A DNA stretch of 64,000 nucleotides from Terriglobia bacterium. Its GTDB lineage: Bacteria; Acidobacteriota; Terriglobia; Versatilivoradales; Versatilivoraceae. The notes beneath the pieces are model-generated. The model ran no database searches. It was not told where the DNA came from and worked only from the letters and a program-made list of their open reading frames with translations. Position numbers and translations under genes: made by a program. Below are positions 29,233 to 39,129 of the stretch, piece after piece (position 1 is the stretch's first letter; each line of letters starts with the position of its first letter). The stretch lies in the NCBI GenBank assembly GCA_965215235.1, contig OZ244053.1, forward strand, positions 3,431,192 to 3,495,191, read 5' to 3'.

Positions 29233-30018
29233 ATGAAGACCCTCTTGGACAGAATAACCTCTCTGGGTTGCAGCCACCGGCGCTGGCGCCGGTTTTCGGC
29301 CGCCTTGGGAATGACGCTGGCCACGGCCCTATTAACCCACCCACCGAGTCCGGCCAGACCTGGTTTCACGATCTGGACACAGAAGGACGAGCGCCTTGTG
29401 CCACCGAGGCTTGTGTCTTCTCGCCTCCCCGGAGAGACTCCAGGGGCCGGCAAATTCCTGGTGGCCAGTGAACACATCAGAGATCCCAACTTTGCCAAAA
29501 CGGTCGTCCTGCTGCTTTCGGACGACTGGCATGGCTCAATGGGGGTGGTCATCAATCGCCCGAGCCCGGTGAAACTCTCTGCAGTGTTGCCCAATCTGGA
29601 TCCATCCAGGAAGCGAAAGGGCCTTCTTTTTATCGGTGGTCCTGTATCCCGGACGGAGCTGCTGCTACTGATTCGATCCTCAAAATTACGAGAGAAAACT
29701 ATACACGTGGTGGAAGACATCTACATGAGTAGAAGCCCGGAAGCCTTGGAACGGCTGATGGACGACAGCAAGAACCCCTTTCGCGCCTATGCTGGATATG
29801 CTGGATGGAGACCGGGTCAGCTAGACGCTGAGGTGGAACAGGGAGACTGGAAGATCCTCCGCGCCGATAGCAAGACCGTTTTCGACGCTGCCTCAGAAAA
29901 AATCTGGCCTGACCTCATCCGCGGTGAACCCACGAACTTGGTCCGGAAATCAGGCGGGACCGGGTGGACAACGAGGGGTGGACCGACGCTGCCGGAAAAA
30001 CGGCCTGCAGAAGGTTGA
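29233..30018 (+). CDS. YqgE/AlgH family protein (UPF0301)
   Basis: GKFLVASEHIRDPNFAKTVVLLLSDDWHGSMGVVINRPS is the family signature. Confidence 0.8.
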   Translation: MKTLLDRITSLGCSHRRWRRFSAALGMTLATALLTHPPSPARPGFTIWTQKDERLVPPRLVSSRLPGETPGAGKFLVASEHIRDPNFAKTVVLLLSDDWHGSMGVVINRPSPVKLSAVLPNLDPSRKRKGLLFIGGPVSRTELLLLIRSSKLREKTIHVVEDIYMSRSPEALERLMDDSKNPFRAYAGYAGWRPGQLDAEVEQGDWKILRADSKTVFDAASEKIWPDLIRGEPTNLVRKSGGTGWTTRGGPTLPEKRPAEG

Positions 30019-30095
30019 GTGGACTGGCGACAGGAGCCATCCCCGGTCCAACCAAACGGCGACCCGTCCATTGCCCTTCAACGGGTGGCGTAGGG

Positions 30096-30935
30096 ATGGA
30101 AGTAAGACGGAGGGCCCAAGTGGGAATCGGAGGAGCATATCTCCCTGTATTGACGGCATCCCTGAGCTGTTTGCTGACCGCGGCGCCCTGCTGGGGTCAG
30201 GTCCTACCAACCGTCAAGCTGAAAGCTGAAGCCGTCCGGGCTTTCCAAAAGTACGTGGAATTCCAAGAAGCCATTCACGATCAAAGGATGAACGACAACA
30301 GACCCTTTCTATGGATCGATGATTCTCCGAGCCATCGCTCGCTCGTTGAAAAAGGAGAGATCGTGATCCAGGACAACAGTGGTCAAGGTGTGGGGGTTCC
30401 AGGCGGCATAGTCCAAGATTGGATCGGAGCTATGTTGATCCCTGGAGGGTCGCTAAGAAAAACGCTGCAGCTACTTCGGGACTATGACCGTCATCAAGAC
30501 ATCTATCCGGAAGTTGTCGACTCCAGGCTTCTGTCCAGCAAAGATGACACTCTGAGAGCTTACTTGCGCCTAGCGAAAACGAGAGTGTTAACCGTGGTGT
30601 TGAACACGGAACACGAGGTCCAGTTCCGAGAGATCAGCCATAAGCGTGGGTTCATTCGCTCACGCAGCACTCGCATTACTGAAGTCAAGAACGCTGGCAA
30701 GCCCGATGAAACCCAGATGCCGGTCGGGGAAGATAGCGGATTTCTCTGGAGACTCAACGCCTACTGGAGGCTGGAGGAAACCGACCAGGGTCTTTACGTT
30801 GAACTGTCAACGGTTTCGCTGTCTCGGGATATGCCCACTGGATTGGCTTGGCTGATTAAACCGTTCATCCGAGAGTTTCCGAAAGAGTCCCTGCAATCAA
30901 CGCTGGCAGCGACTCGTCAGGCAATTCAGCCCTAG
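30096..30935 (+). CDS. Secreted hypothetical protein, possibly SRPBCC-like ligand-binding fold
   Basis: Signal peptide after the internal Met; LLRDYDRHQDIYPEVVDSRLL resembles the SRPBCC/cyclase-dehydrase motif. Tentative. Confidence 0.5.
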   Translation: MEVRRRAQVGIGGAYLPVLTASLSCLLTAAPCWGQVLPTVKLKAEAVRAFQKYVEFQEAIHDQRMNDNRPFLWIDDSPSHRSLVEKGEIVIQDNSGQGVGVPGGIVQDWIGAMLIPGGSLRKTLQLLRDYDRHQDIYPEVVDSRLLSSKDDTLRAYLRLAKTRVLTVVLNTEHEVQFREISHKRGFIRSRSTRITEVKNAGKPDETQMPVGEDSGFLWRLNAYWRLEETDQGLYVELSTVSLSRDMPTGLAWLIKPFIREFPKESLQSTLAATRQAIQP

Positions 30936-31082
30936 GTCTCCGGTGGCTCGAATCGGAATTTCAACGTTTCAACGGGCAACCAAGCAGGACCTCGCTGACT
31001 TTCGCCCAGAGCTGTAGAAGACGCAGGTGACCGGGGCGCAAAAAAAATTGAAGACATTGTTCTGACGGGAGGCTATCTCTGT

Positions 31083-32045
31083 ATGGAGCAAGGTGGATTC
31101 AAAACAGTGTTGCGCTGGGCTCTGCCCGTCTTACTGGCCGTCGTTCTACTTCCCTCGTGGACACTGTTCTTCTCCGGTGGCATGCCAGCTGTCTACGGCT
31201 GGTTAGCCCTCATGAGCACCGGTCTACTGCTCGCTCCGCTGGCGATGCTGACGCTAATCATCCACGTCATCCGTAAGCGTCGCTTCAGCACACCGATGTG
31301 GATCACTCTGGCACTGGCGCTGCTCGCCCTTTGGCCCGGATTGTGGAATTTTGGCATACTGCAGATGGCCTTTCCTTACGATCTCGAACGCTCAAAGCCG
31401 TCGGTCACTGTTCGCCTGCCATCGAACGAAGCGATTCGCGTTGCCTGGGGAGGCGATCGCCTGGCAACAAACTATCACCACGCATCAACACCCGACCAAC
31501 GCTGGGCCTACGACCTGGTCGTCGAACCGGCGATGCACGGTTCAGAGAACCTGGAGGACTACGGTTGTTACGGGACACCAGTCGTTGCGCCCGTCTCTGC
31601 ACGAGTGCACTATTCCACCGATGGGGCGCCGGATCACACGCCGGGAGCAGTCAGCATGGACACGGCAAACCCGACCGGCAACGTCGTTGTGCTCGCACTC
31701 GAGACTGGCACCTATCTGATGATTGCGCACCTGAAGCCCGGTAGTGTCCTGGTGGAGGCCGGCGACCAAGTACGCGAGGGGGAACCCATCGGCGCCTGTG
31801 GCAATTCAGGCAACACCAGCGAACCACACATACACATCCATCATCAACGCCAGGATCCGCGGCATCGCCCTCTCCAACTCTCCGAAGGATTGCCCCTTTA
31901 TTTTCGAGACCACGACGGACCGGCGATGCCGGAGGGTGGGCTAAAGGTCAGCAATGGGCGCATCACTTTGGCCGGGGCAACCGTGAGGCATTCCAGTACG
32001 ATGCCGGCGCCGGCTAGGCCGACACCCAGTTCTACACATCAGTAG
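31083..32045 (+). CDS. Membrane-anchored M23 family metallopeptidase
   Basis: N-terminal TM helices; C-terminal GDQVREGEPIGACGNSGNTSEPHIHIHHQ M23 catalytic motif. Confidence 0.75.
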   Translation: MEQGGFKTVLRWALPVLLAVVLLPSWTLFFSGGMPAVYGWLALMSTGLLLAPLAMLTLIIHVIRKRRFSTPMWITLALALLALWPGLWNFGILQMAFPYDLERSKPSVTVRLPSNEAIRVAWGGDRLATNYHHASTPDQRWAYDLVVEPAMHGSENLEDYGCYGTPVVAPVSARVHYSTDGAPDHTPGAVSMDTANPTGNVVVLALETGTYLMIAHLKPGSVLVEAGDQVREGEPIGACGNSGNTSEPHIHIHHQRQDPRHRPLQLSEGLPLYFRDHDGPAMPEGGLKVSNGRITLAGATVRHSSTMPAPARPTPSSTHQ

Positions 32046-32095
32046 AATAACAGGCCCTGGCCCCAAGCCTTCCAAGCTACAAGGAGGTCGCGTTT

Positions 32096-34481
32096 ATGAG
32101 TATTTTCCTTCGATTGCGGCAGGTTTTATGCGTTGCTTTTCTGATCATGTTGACAGCCGTCCCCGGGCTGGCTCAGGAGCAAACCGTCCGAGTGGGTACT
32201 GTACTGGATGGCCCTGGCGGCCTGGATGTGGCGTTTCGAGCCTCTCTGGAAAGCGAGGTGAGCCGCCTGCTGAGCAGACGGTACGAGGTGCTGTTTCCAC
32301 CGGAAAAACAGTTGGTTGGGGACTGGTCCGCTGCGGCTGCCCGTCGGAACATAGATTCGCTGTTGGCGGACTCGGAAGTCGACGCCGTTCTTGTCCTCGG
32401 GATTGTCGGCCCGGTCCACGTGACACGCCGCGCTGAAATCCCCAAACCGGTAGTTGCCGCGGCTGTGTTCGATCCCGAAGCCAATGGGATTCCAGTAGAG
32501 ATACGGGAACGGCCAGTGCCTGGACGAGACGGCATTGAGAGTGTCCGCGTTAGCGGCGTGACGAACCTGAGTTACGTTTCCTACAACCAGGATCTGGTAA
32601 GGGAACTTGAGACCTTCCGCAGGATTACACCATTTTCGCAACACCTCACCATTCTGATGATCGAGGGCTGGCTGGACGAACTCGCCAGCGTTCTGGAAAG
32701 GTTGAAACAAACGCTCAGGGGATTGGGCGTGGAAGCGGCCCTTCCTGCCCGTGGGGTCCTCGATCGACGAAGTGCTTGCGAGTCTACCGGCGGACACAGA
32801 GGCGGTCATGCTGAGCGCCATGCCCCACTTGCCTTCCGAGGAGTTTGAGCGGCTCATCGCCGGTCTCAATCAGAGGAAGCTGCCGACGTATTCGCTGCGG
32901 GGACAGCGCGACGTGCGGCGTGGAGTCATGGCCAGCCTGCAAGCGGACCGAAACGAGCTGTTCCTCGTCCGCCGAGTCGCCCTGAATCTCTTCAACATCG
33001 TGCAGGGCGAAGACGCGGACGACCTCCCGATAGACTTCGGCGCGGACGAACAACTCACGATCAACATGACCACAGCGCGGGCGGTCCAAGTTGATCCGAC
33101 ATTCGTATTACTCACCGAGGCAGAGGTTATTGGAGAAATGGAAGAACCTCCCGTCCGGCGGATATCGCTTTCCTCAGTAGTCCACGAGGCTGCCAACGTC
33201 AATCTTGATCTGATAGCTGCCGAGCGCCAAGTGGAGGCAGGATTTCAGCTTGTCAGAGAAGCACGATCGGTATTGTTGCCCCAGGCAAGCCTCTCGAGCC
33301 AAGGATCCACCTTCCGAGGCGGCGGAAGACGGATTGCGGGAACTGCAGGACTCAGTCAGTTCATCTACTCGGAACAAGCCAAGTCTCTCTATGACATTGA
33401 GCGCCATCGCCAGATGTCGCGAGAAGAGCAACGGTTTCAGTTACGCCTGGATACTATTCTGCAGGCCGCGCAAAGCTACCTCCAGATCCTGAGGGCAAAG
33501 ACAGTCGAGAATATCGAGAAGAACAACTTGGCGCTAACTCGCTCAAACCTGGGCCTCGCCCGAGCTCGCGTCGATGTCGGCACGGCAGGACGCGATGAAG
33601 TTCTGCGCTGGCTCAGCCAGATCGCCCAGAACCGCCACCGCGTGATCGAGGCCTCAGCGGCGCGCAATCGAGCTGAGATTATCCTCAACAGAATTCTTAA
33701 CCGCACACTTGAGGAGCCGTTCGAAACCGCCGAAGCGGGCTTGGATGACCCCGATCTGACGGTGAACTTCAAGGTCCTACGACCTTATATCGAGAGTCCT
33801 CAATCGTTCAAGTTGTTTCGGGAATTCATGGCCCAGGAAGCTTTTGACAGCTCGCCGGAACTGAGACAACTCGATGCGGGCATTCGCGCCCAGCAGCGCA
33901 GGTTGTTGGCCTCCAAGCGGGCTTTCTACATCCCGAAGGTCAGCGTCGATGCGCAAACGCGAACATTCAAGAACACTACAAGCCCGCCTGAAGGTGCTCT
34001 TAACACGGACTGGACGGTCGGATTCAACGCCTCTCTGCCTGTCTTTCAGGGCGGGCTCTTGCGCGCCCAAAAGACCCGAGCTGAAATCGAGTTAAAGCAA
34101 CTAACAACCGAGCGAGAAGCAACATCCCTGGTAATCGAGCAGAACATCCGCTCGGCTCTCCACATGGCGGGGGCTTCCTTTGCCGGCATCGAGTTGGCAA
34201 GAGAGGCTGCCATGGCTGCTCAAGAGAACCTTGAACTGGTCCGCGATTCCTACTCCGAAGGGTCTGTCAACATTGTTCGCGTCTTGGACGCGCAATCCCA
34301 GGCTCTGTCGGCGCAATTGGACGCGGCAAACGCGGTGTTCAATCACTTGATCGACCTGATGGCGACGCAGCGAGCTGCCGGCCGCTTCGACTATTTTCGG
34401 TCCCTGGAGGAACGAGATGTGTTTATCCGCCGCCTCAAGGCCTTTTTCCAAGAGAAAGGCTATGCCGTTCGCAACAATTAG
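32096..34481 (+). CDS. Outer-membrane efflux protein (TolC-like) with an unusual ~390-aa N-terminal extension; split by an apparent +1 frameshift near 32744-32756
   Basis: C-terminal ~430 aa show TolC/OEP-like repeated coiled-coil and barrel segments. The 250-aa ORF (32096-32848) continues into the 576-aa ORF (32751-34481) across cttcctgcccgtggggtcc. Confidence 0.65.
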
Positions 34482-35646
34482 CAAGGTCCGACCAATGATC
34501 GACTATCCATGGAAGACGCAATCCTACAGGCAAATGGTTCTTTGCGGCGCGGTGCTGATCAATGCAGTTGGAGTGGCATGCACAGAGGAGCCGCAGCCAC
34601 CGGAGGAACCACAGCCTCGCACAGTCAAGTACGTCGAAGTCGTCGCACAGAGCGGTACTCGGATGCGCACGTTTACGGGCTTCGCAAAGGCTGACGTACG
34701 CGCTGAGTACGCCTTTCGCGTCTCCGGGATGGTGCAAAGGGTTTATATCGGCCAAGGTGACATCGTCGCAGAAGGAGACGTGATCGCGGAGATCGATCCC
34801 GTGGATTTGGAGATTCAGCTTCGTGAGACGGAGGCCTCTCTCGCAGAAGCCAAAGCACAAGCAGTCTTGGCGGATTCCGATTTTCAGCGCACTCAGCGCT
34901 TGTATGAGAAAGATAATATTTCTCGGGGAGAATTTGAGTCGGCGCTGGCCAAGCGCGAGTCGGCGCATGCGCGTGTCGAGTCGGTCGAGCAGAAACTGCA
35001 ACAAGCCAAACGGCAGCTGGATCACACGCGACTCCGCGCCCCAACCGGATGCGCCATCATCGAAGTGAAAGTCGAGGAAGGAGAAAGCGTACAGGCAGGC
35101 ACCCCTGTGGTGGAAGTGGTGACCGGCGGAAAACCCCACGTTGAGATTGCTGTTCCTGAGAGGTTCATCGCTAAGATCTCCGAGGGCGCTTCAGCCAGCG
35201 TCCGTTTCCCGGCAGTCCCAGGGCACGCCTTCCTCGGCCGCGTGACCACTGTGGGAGTTGTTCCCGCACAAGGCGTAACCACCTATCCTGCGACCATTGA
35301 ATTAAACAGCTCTTGGACCGAGCTCATGGGTCGCTATGGCGGCGTGCCCATTCGGCCTGGGATGGCAGTTGAGGCGCAGATGGAGTTTGGGGGTGGAGGG
35401 GGGCGGGCACGCCATGTCGTCGCTCCGAATGCCGTCGTTGTGGATGGTGATGACAAGTTCGTCTATGTCGTTGAGACGGGTGGCGACGTCTTCGGTGTCG
35501 CCCGACGCCGAAGTATCGAAACCGGCCAACTCGTTGCGGCAGGAATCGAAGTGCTTGCGGGTCTGACCGACGGCGACAAGGTCATCACGGCCGGACTGAA
35601 TCAGATACGAGACGGGCAACAAGTGCGCCTGCTAGGCCGAGACTAG
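34462..35646 (+). CDS. RND efflux periplasmic adaptor (membrane fusion protein, HlyD family)
   Basis: Biotin-lipoyl-like and beta-barrel segments (RAPTGCAIIEVKVEEGESVQAGTPVV); lies between the OMP and RND genes. Confidence 0.8.
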   Translation: MPFATISKVRPMIDYPWKTQSYRQMVLCGAVLINAVGVACTEEPQPPEEPQPRTVKYVEVVAQSGTRMRTFTGFAKADVRAEYAFRVSGMVQRVYIGQGDIVAEGDVIAEIDPVDLEIQLRETEASLAEAKAQAVLADSDFQRTQRLYEKDNISRGEFESALAKRESAHARVESVEQKLQQAKRQLDHTRLRAPTGCAIIEVKVEEGESVQAGTPVVEVVTGGKPHVEIAVPERFIAKISEGASASVRFPAVPGHAFLGRVTTVGVVPAQGVTTYPATIELNSSWTELMGRYGGVPIRPGMAVEAQMEFGGGGGRARHVVAPNAVVVDGDDKFVYVVETGGDVFGVARRRSIETGQLVAAGIEVLAGLTDGDKVITAGLNQIRDGQQVRLLGRD

Positions 35647-35654
35647 GGGCAACT

Positions 35655-38600
35655 ATGGATTTGACGCGTTTCGCCATTACCAACAACCGCGTTACGGCTA
35701 TCTTCCTGCTGGCGGTGCTGCTTGGCGGATACAGCGCCTATCAGACCATGGAACAGTCCATGGACCCTGGCTTCACGATACGCACTGCCCAGATCGTCAC
35801 TCGCTTTCCGGGCGCGAACCCGGAGCGAGTCGAAGCGCTGGTGACCGACCAGCTCGAAAAAGCCATTCAAGAGCTTCCCGAACTCGACTTCGTGACCAGC
35901 ACATCGAAGACGGGCGTTTCGATCATCTCTGCGAACGTTCGGGACGAGTTTACAACCATGCGGCCGATCTGGGACAAGCTGCGACGCAAAATCAATGATG
36001 CTGCTCGTAGTCTGCCCAAAGGCGCGCTCACCCCCGAAGTCAACGATGAGTTCGGTGACGTTTACGGAACGATCATCGCTGTCACTGGAGACGGGTTCGA
36101 CTATCGTGAGCTCAAGGACTTCGCACTTCAGTTGCGAGATGGCTTGCTACGGCTTGAGAACATTGGAAAAGTAGACCTCCTGGGAAGTCAGGCCGAGCGC
36201 ATTTTCGTTGAGTACAACGATGCCCGGCTGGCTAAACTGAATCTGTCAGTCAGCCAAGTGAGCCAAATTCTCCAGTCACGAAACATCCTTATTTCCGGCG
36301 GAAGCCTGCTTGCAGGAGAGGAACGACTCGAGTTGGAACCTTCCGGAAATTTCAACACTGTCGAGGAACTGGCGCGCACCGTCATCAGCGTGCCGAGCCG
36401 TCCGGGCCTGCTCTACCTGGAAGACATCGCGGAAATCAGTCGAGGTTACATAGATCCTCCAGCCAGCAAGGTGCGCGCAAACGGTCAACCGGCCCTGATG
36501 TTAGCCCTTTCCGTAAGAGAGGGCGGTAACATCGTGACGTTGGGCGAAGAAGTGCAAGATCTGCTGGAACGCTCGAGAAATCAGTATCCTCTCGGAGTCA
36601 ATCTCGACATCGTGGCCTTCGAGCCGGAGCGTGTCGCAAAGAAGGTCGAGGAGTTCACCAGCAGCGTAGTGCAGGCCGTCCTCATCGTGCTGGCCTCTAT
36701 GCTGCTGATGCTCGGCATACGCACTGGCCTTGTGACTGCGACGCTGGTGCCTTCGGCTTTGCTGATGAGCCTGCTGGTGATGCAGTGGATGGGGTTGGGG
36801 CTAAACCAGATGACGCTGGCATCGTTAATCATCGCCTTGGGCATGCTGGTGGACAACGCCATCGTGATGAACGAGTCGATCATGGTGTCGATGTCAGAGG
36901 GCGTACCGCCCGTTGAAGCAGCTGTCAGCTCGGCCAAAGAGCTTCGGATTCCGTTGCTCACTTCGTCCCTGACCACTTCCGCCGCCTTCCTTCCAATCTA
37001 TCTCGCCGAAGGGTCAATGGGCGAGTACACCGGCGTTTTGTTCACTGTCGTCACGATTACTCTGTTTTGCTCCTGGCTGCTCGCGCTGACCGTCATTCCA
37101 CTTCTTTGCGCCCGGTTCCTCAAAGTTAAAGGGAGAAAGGGCAAGGATGCCTATAACACCCCTTTTTATCGGATGTATCGGGGCGTCCTGTTCAGGCTGG
37201 TGCGAGTCCCGCTGTTGTCCCTGGGTCTCATTCTCGGCATCTTTTTTCTCTCGTTACAGGGTTTCGCCTTGATTCCTAATGTCTTCTTCCCGCCGGACAA
37301 TACGCCGATAATGACCGCCGAATTCGAGGCGCCGATTGGGACGTCGATCGAAAAGACTGAAGAGTTCGTCCAGGACCTGGACGATTTCATCCAGACAGAG
37401 CTTGTCCAGACAAAAGAGCGTTCGGACGGAGTGCTCAATTGGTCCGCCTATGTCGGCCAGGGAGCGCCCCGGTTCACGTTGACCTACAGTTCGCACCCCG
37501 CGGGTCCCGAGTATGCTTACCTGCTCTTCAATTTGACAACTGCTGAACTTATTCCGGAGTTCGCTCACAAGATCGAGCAGTTCTGTAGGGAGCGTTATCC
37601 CTCCGTGATTCCCACCATAGGGCCACTGCCTTTGGGCGCCGTCATTAACAATCCAGTAGAAGTCAGGATTTCCGGATCCGACCAAACCCAGGTTTTCGCC
37701 ATTGCCGACACGGTCAAGGCTCAAATGCAGTCTATCGCGGGGACCAGGAATGTTGGAGACGACTGGGGAGAGCGAACGAAGAAGTTAACGGTGCAGATTG
37801 ATGAGCCGAGGGCAAGACGAAGTGGTGTCACTCACCAGGACATCGCAATGTCGCTGCAGTCGGTGCTGAGTGGCTACGCGGCGACGGAGTATCGCGAGGG
37901 CACCGAGATCATTCCCGTTACCATCAGATCCGTGGCGGCGGACCGACAGGATGTCTCGAAGCTGGAGAGCCTGAACGTTTACTCTCAAAGCCAAGGCACT
38001 TCAGTCCCGCTCATGCAGGTGGCGGCTTTGGCCATCGAATGGCAACCCGCCAAGCGGCTGCGACGTAACCGGCTGACAACGGTAACTGTCTCGAGCAACC
38101 TCACCGAAGGAGTGACAACTGCTGAAGTCACGACCCAACTTGCCGGGTGGCTGGAAAAGGAGCAATCTTCCTGGCCACCGGGGCATTTCTACGAGTTCGG
38201 GGGCGAACTGGAACAGTCTGCCCGAGGCGAAGGAGCCATCATCGACAAACTTCCTTACGCCGGGATCATGATCTTGATCTTGCTCATCATGCAGTTCAAT
38301 TCGTTCCGGAGACCTCTGATCATTCTGTTGACCATACCACTCGCGCTGGTTGGGGTTGTTGTAGGTCTCCTGGTTACCAGTTCCTTCTTCGGTTTTATGA
38401 CTCTGCTCGGATTAATCTCCCTGGCCGGCATAGTCATCAACAATGCAATCGTCCTGCTTGACCGCATCGCGATCGAGATCAATGAGAACGGGCATGCACC
38501 GCCGCGAGCCGTGATCGAGGCTGCCCAGCGCCGGTTGCGTCCCATCCTGTTAACGACGGTAACCACAGTTGGCGGCTTGATCCCCCTATGGTTGGGCGGA

Positions 38601-38747
38601 GGCCCGATGTGGGAAAGCATGGCGATTGCAATTATTTTTGGATTGATCTTCGCAACCCTCCTCACGCTCGGCGTCGTTCCGGTGCTCTACACTCTCTTTT
38701 TTCGAGTTAAGTTCAAGGGCTTTCGATACAAGCCCGCGGGAGCATAA
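35655..38747 (+). CDS. RND efflux transporter permease (HAE1/AcrB family)
   Basis: 1030 aa with 12 TM helices and two large periplasmic loops, as in the AcrB family. Confidence 0.85.
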   Translation: MDLTRFAITNNRVTAIFLLAVLLGGYSAYQTMEQSMDPGFTIRTAQIVTRFPGANPERVEALVTDQLEKAIQELPELDFVTSTSKTGVSIISANVRDEFTTMRPIWDKLRRKINDAARSLPKGALTPEVNDEFGDVYGTIIAVTGDGFDYRELKDFALQLRDGLLRLENIGKVDLLGSQAERIFVEYNDARLAKLNLSVSQVSQILQSRNILISGGSLLAGEERLELEPSGNFNTVEELARTVISVPSRPGLLYLEDIAEISRGYIDPPASKVRANGQPALMLALSVREGGNIVTLGEEVQDLLERSRNQYPLGVNLDIVAFEPERVAKKVEEFTSSVVQAVLIVLASMLLMLGIRTGLVTATLVPSALLMSLLVMQWMGLGLNQMTLASLIIALGMLVDNAIVMNESIMVSMSEGVPPVEAAVSSAKELRIPLLTSSLTTSAAFLPIYLAEGSMGEYTGVLFTVVTITLFCSWLLALTVIPLLCARFLKVKGRKGKDAYNTPFYRMYRGVLFRLVRVPLLSLGLILGIFFLSLQGFALIPNVFFPPDNTPIMTAEFEAPIGTSIEKTEEFVQDLDDFIQTELVQTKERSDGVLNWSAYVGQGAPRFTLTYSSHPAGPEYAYLLFNLTTAELIPEFAHKIEQFCRERYPSVIPTIGPLPLGAVINNPVEVRISGSDQTQVFAIADTVKAQMQSIAGTRNVGDDWGERTKKLTVQIDEPRARRSGVTHQDIAMSLQSVLSGYAATEYREGTEIIPVTIRSVAADRQDVSKLESLNVYSQSQGTSVPLMQVAALAIEWQPAKRLRRNRLTTVTVSSNLTEGVTTAEVTTQLAGWLEKEQSSWPPGHFYEFGGELEQSARGEGAIIDKLPYAGIMILILLIMQFNSFRRPLIILLTIPLALVGVVVGLLVTSSFFGFMTLLGLISLAGIVINNAIVLLDRIAIEINENGHAPPRAVIEAAQRRLRPILLTTVTTVGGLIPLWLGGGPMWESMAIAIIFGLIFATLLTLGVVPVLYTLFFRVKFKGFRYKPAGA

Positions 38748-39023
38748 GGCCAAGCACCAGCCGCCTGAATTCTATGGTCTGCCTAAGGGATTCCGGATGT
38801 TCTGGCATCGAACGGTTGTGCGCCGGCCAATCCTGCTCTGGAGACGGCGTGCGCCTTATCGAACCGGTGTAGAACACCTAACGGCGCTTTTGGCGGCAGG
38901 ATGCGCGAGAAGAACGACGGCTGCTCAATTTCGTGGTCTCGAACTGCTTCTGGCGGGATGGCAAACTGACTACTATGATCGACCCAGGATTACTGAAAGG
39001 CCGTCAATGGCTTTTCTAAGACT

Positions 39024-39097
39024 TGGCTGGGAGGCAGGGATTCGAACCCCGATAAGCAGATCCAGAGTCTGCTGTCCTACCGTTAGACGACCTCCCA
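39024..39097 (-). tRNA. tRNA-Gln (anticodon CUG)
   Basis: Hand-folded cloverleaf: acceptor UGGGAGG/CCUCCCA (U1-A72, as in bacterial tRNA-Gln), D-stem GUCU/GGAC, anticodon stem GCAGA/UCUGC, loop CUCUGGA, T-arm CGGGG-UUCGAAU-CCCUG, encoded CCA. Confidence 0.85.
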
Positions 39098-39129
39098 AAC
39101 AGTCGGGAAGGACCTACGATTTTCTCAAC

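Noticed and set aside
29025-29720. 231-aa minus-strand ORF overlapping the YqgE/AlgH gene
   Set aside because: It is antisense to a gene with a clear family signature and its translation is Arg/Ser-rich low-complexity.
38840-38935. tRNA-like GGTCTCGAAC / ...GCCGCCA fragments on the minus strand
   Set aside because: No cloverleaf could be folded. The T-loop-like segment is about 45 nt from the CCA-like end, so this is not a tRNA.
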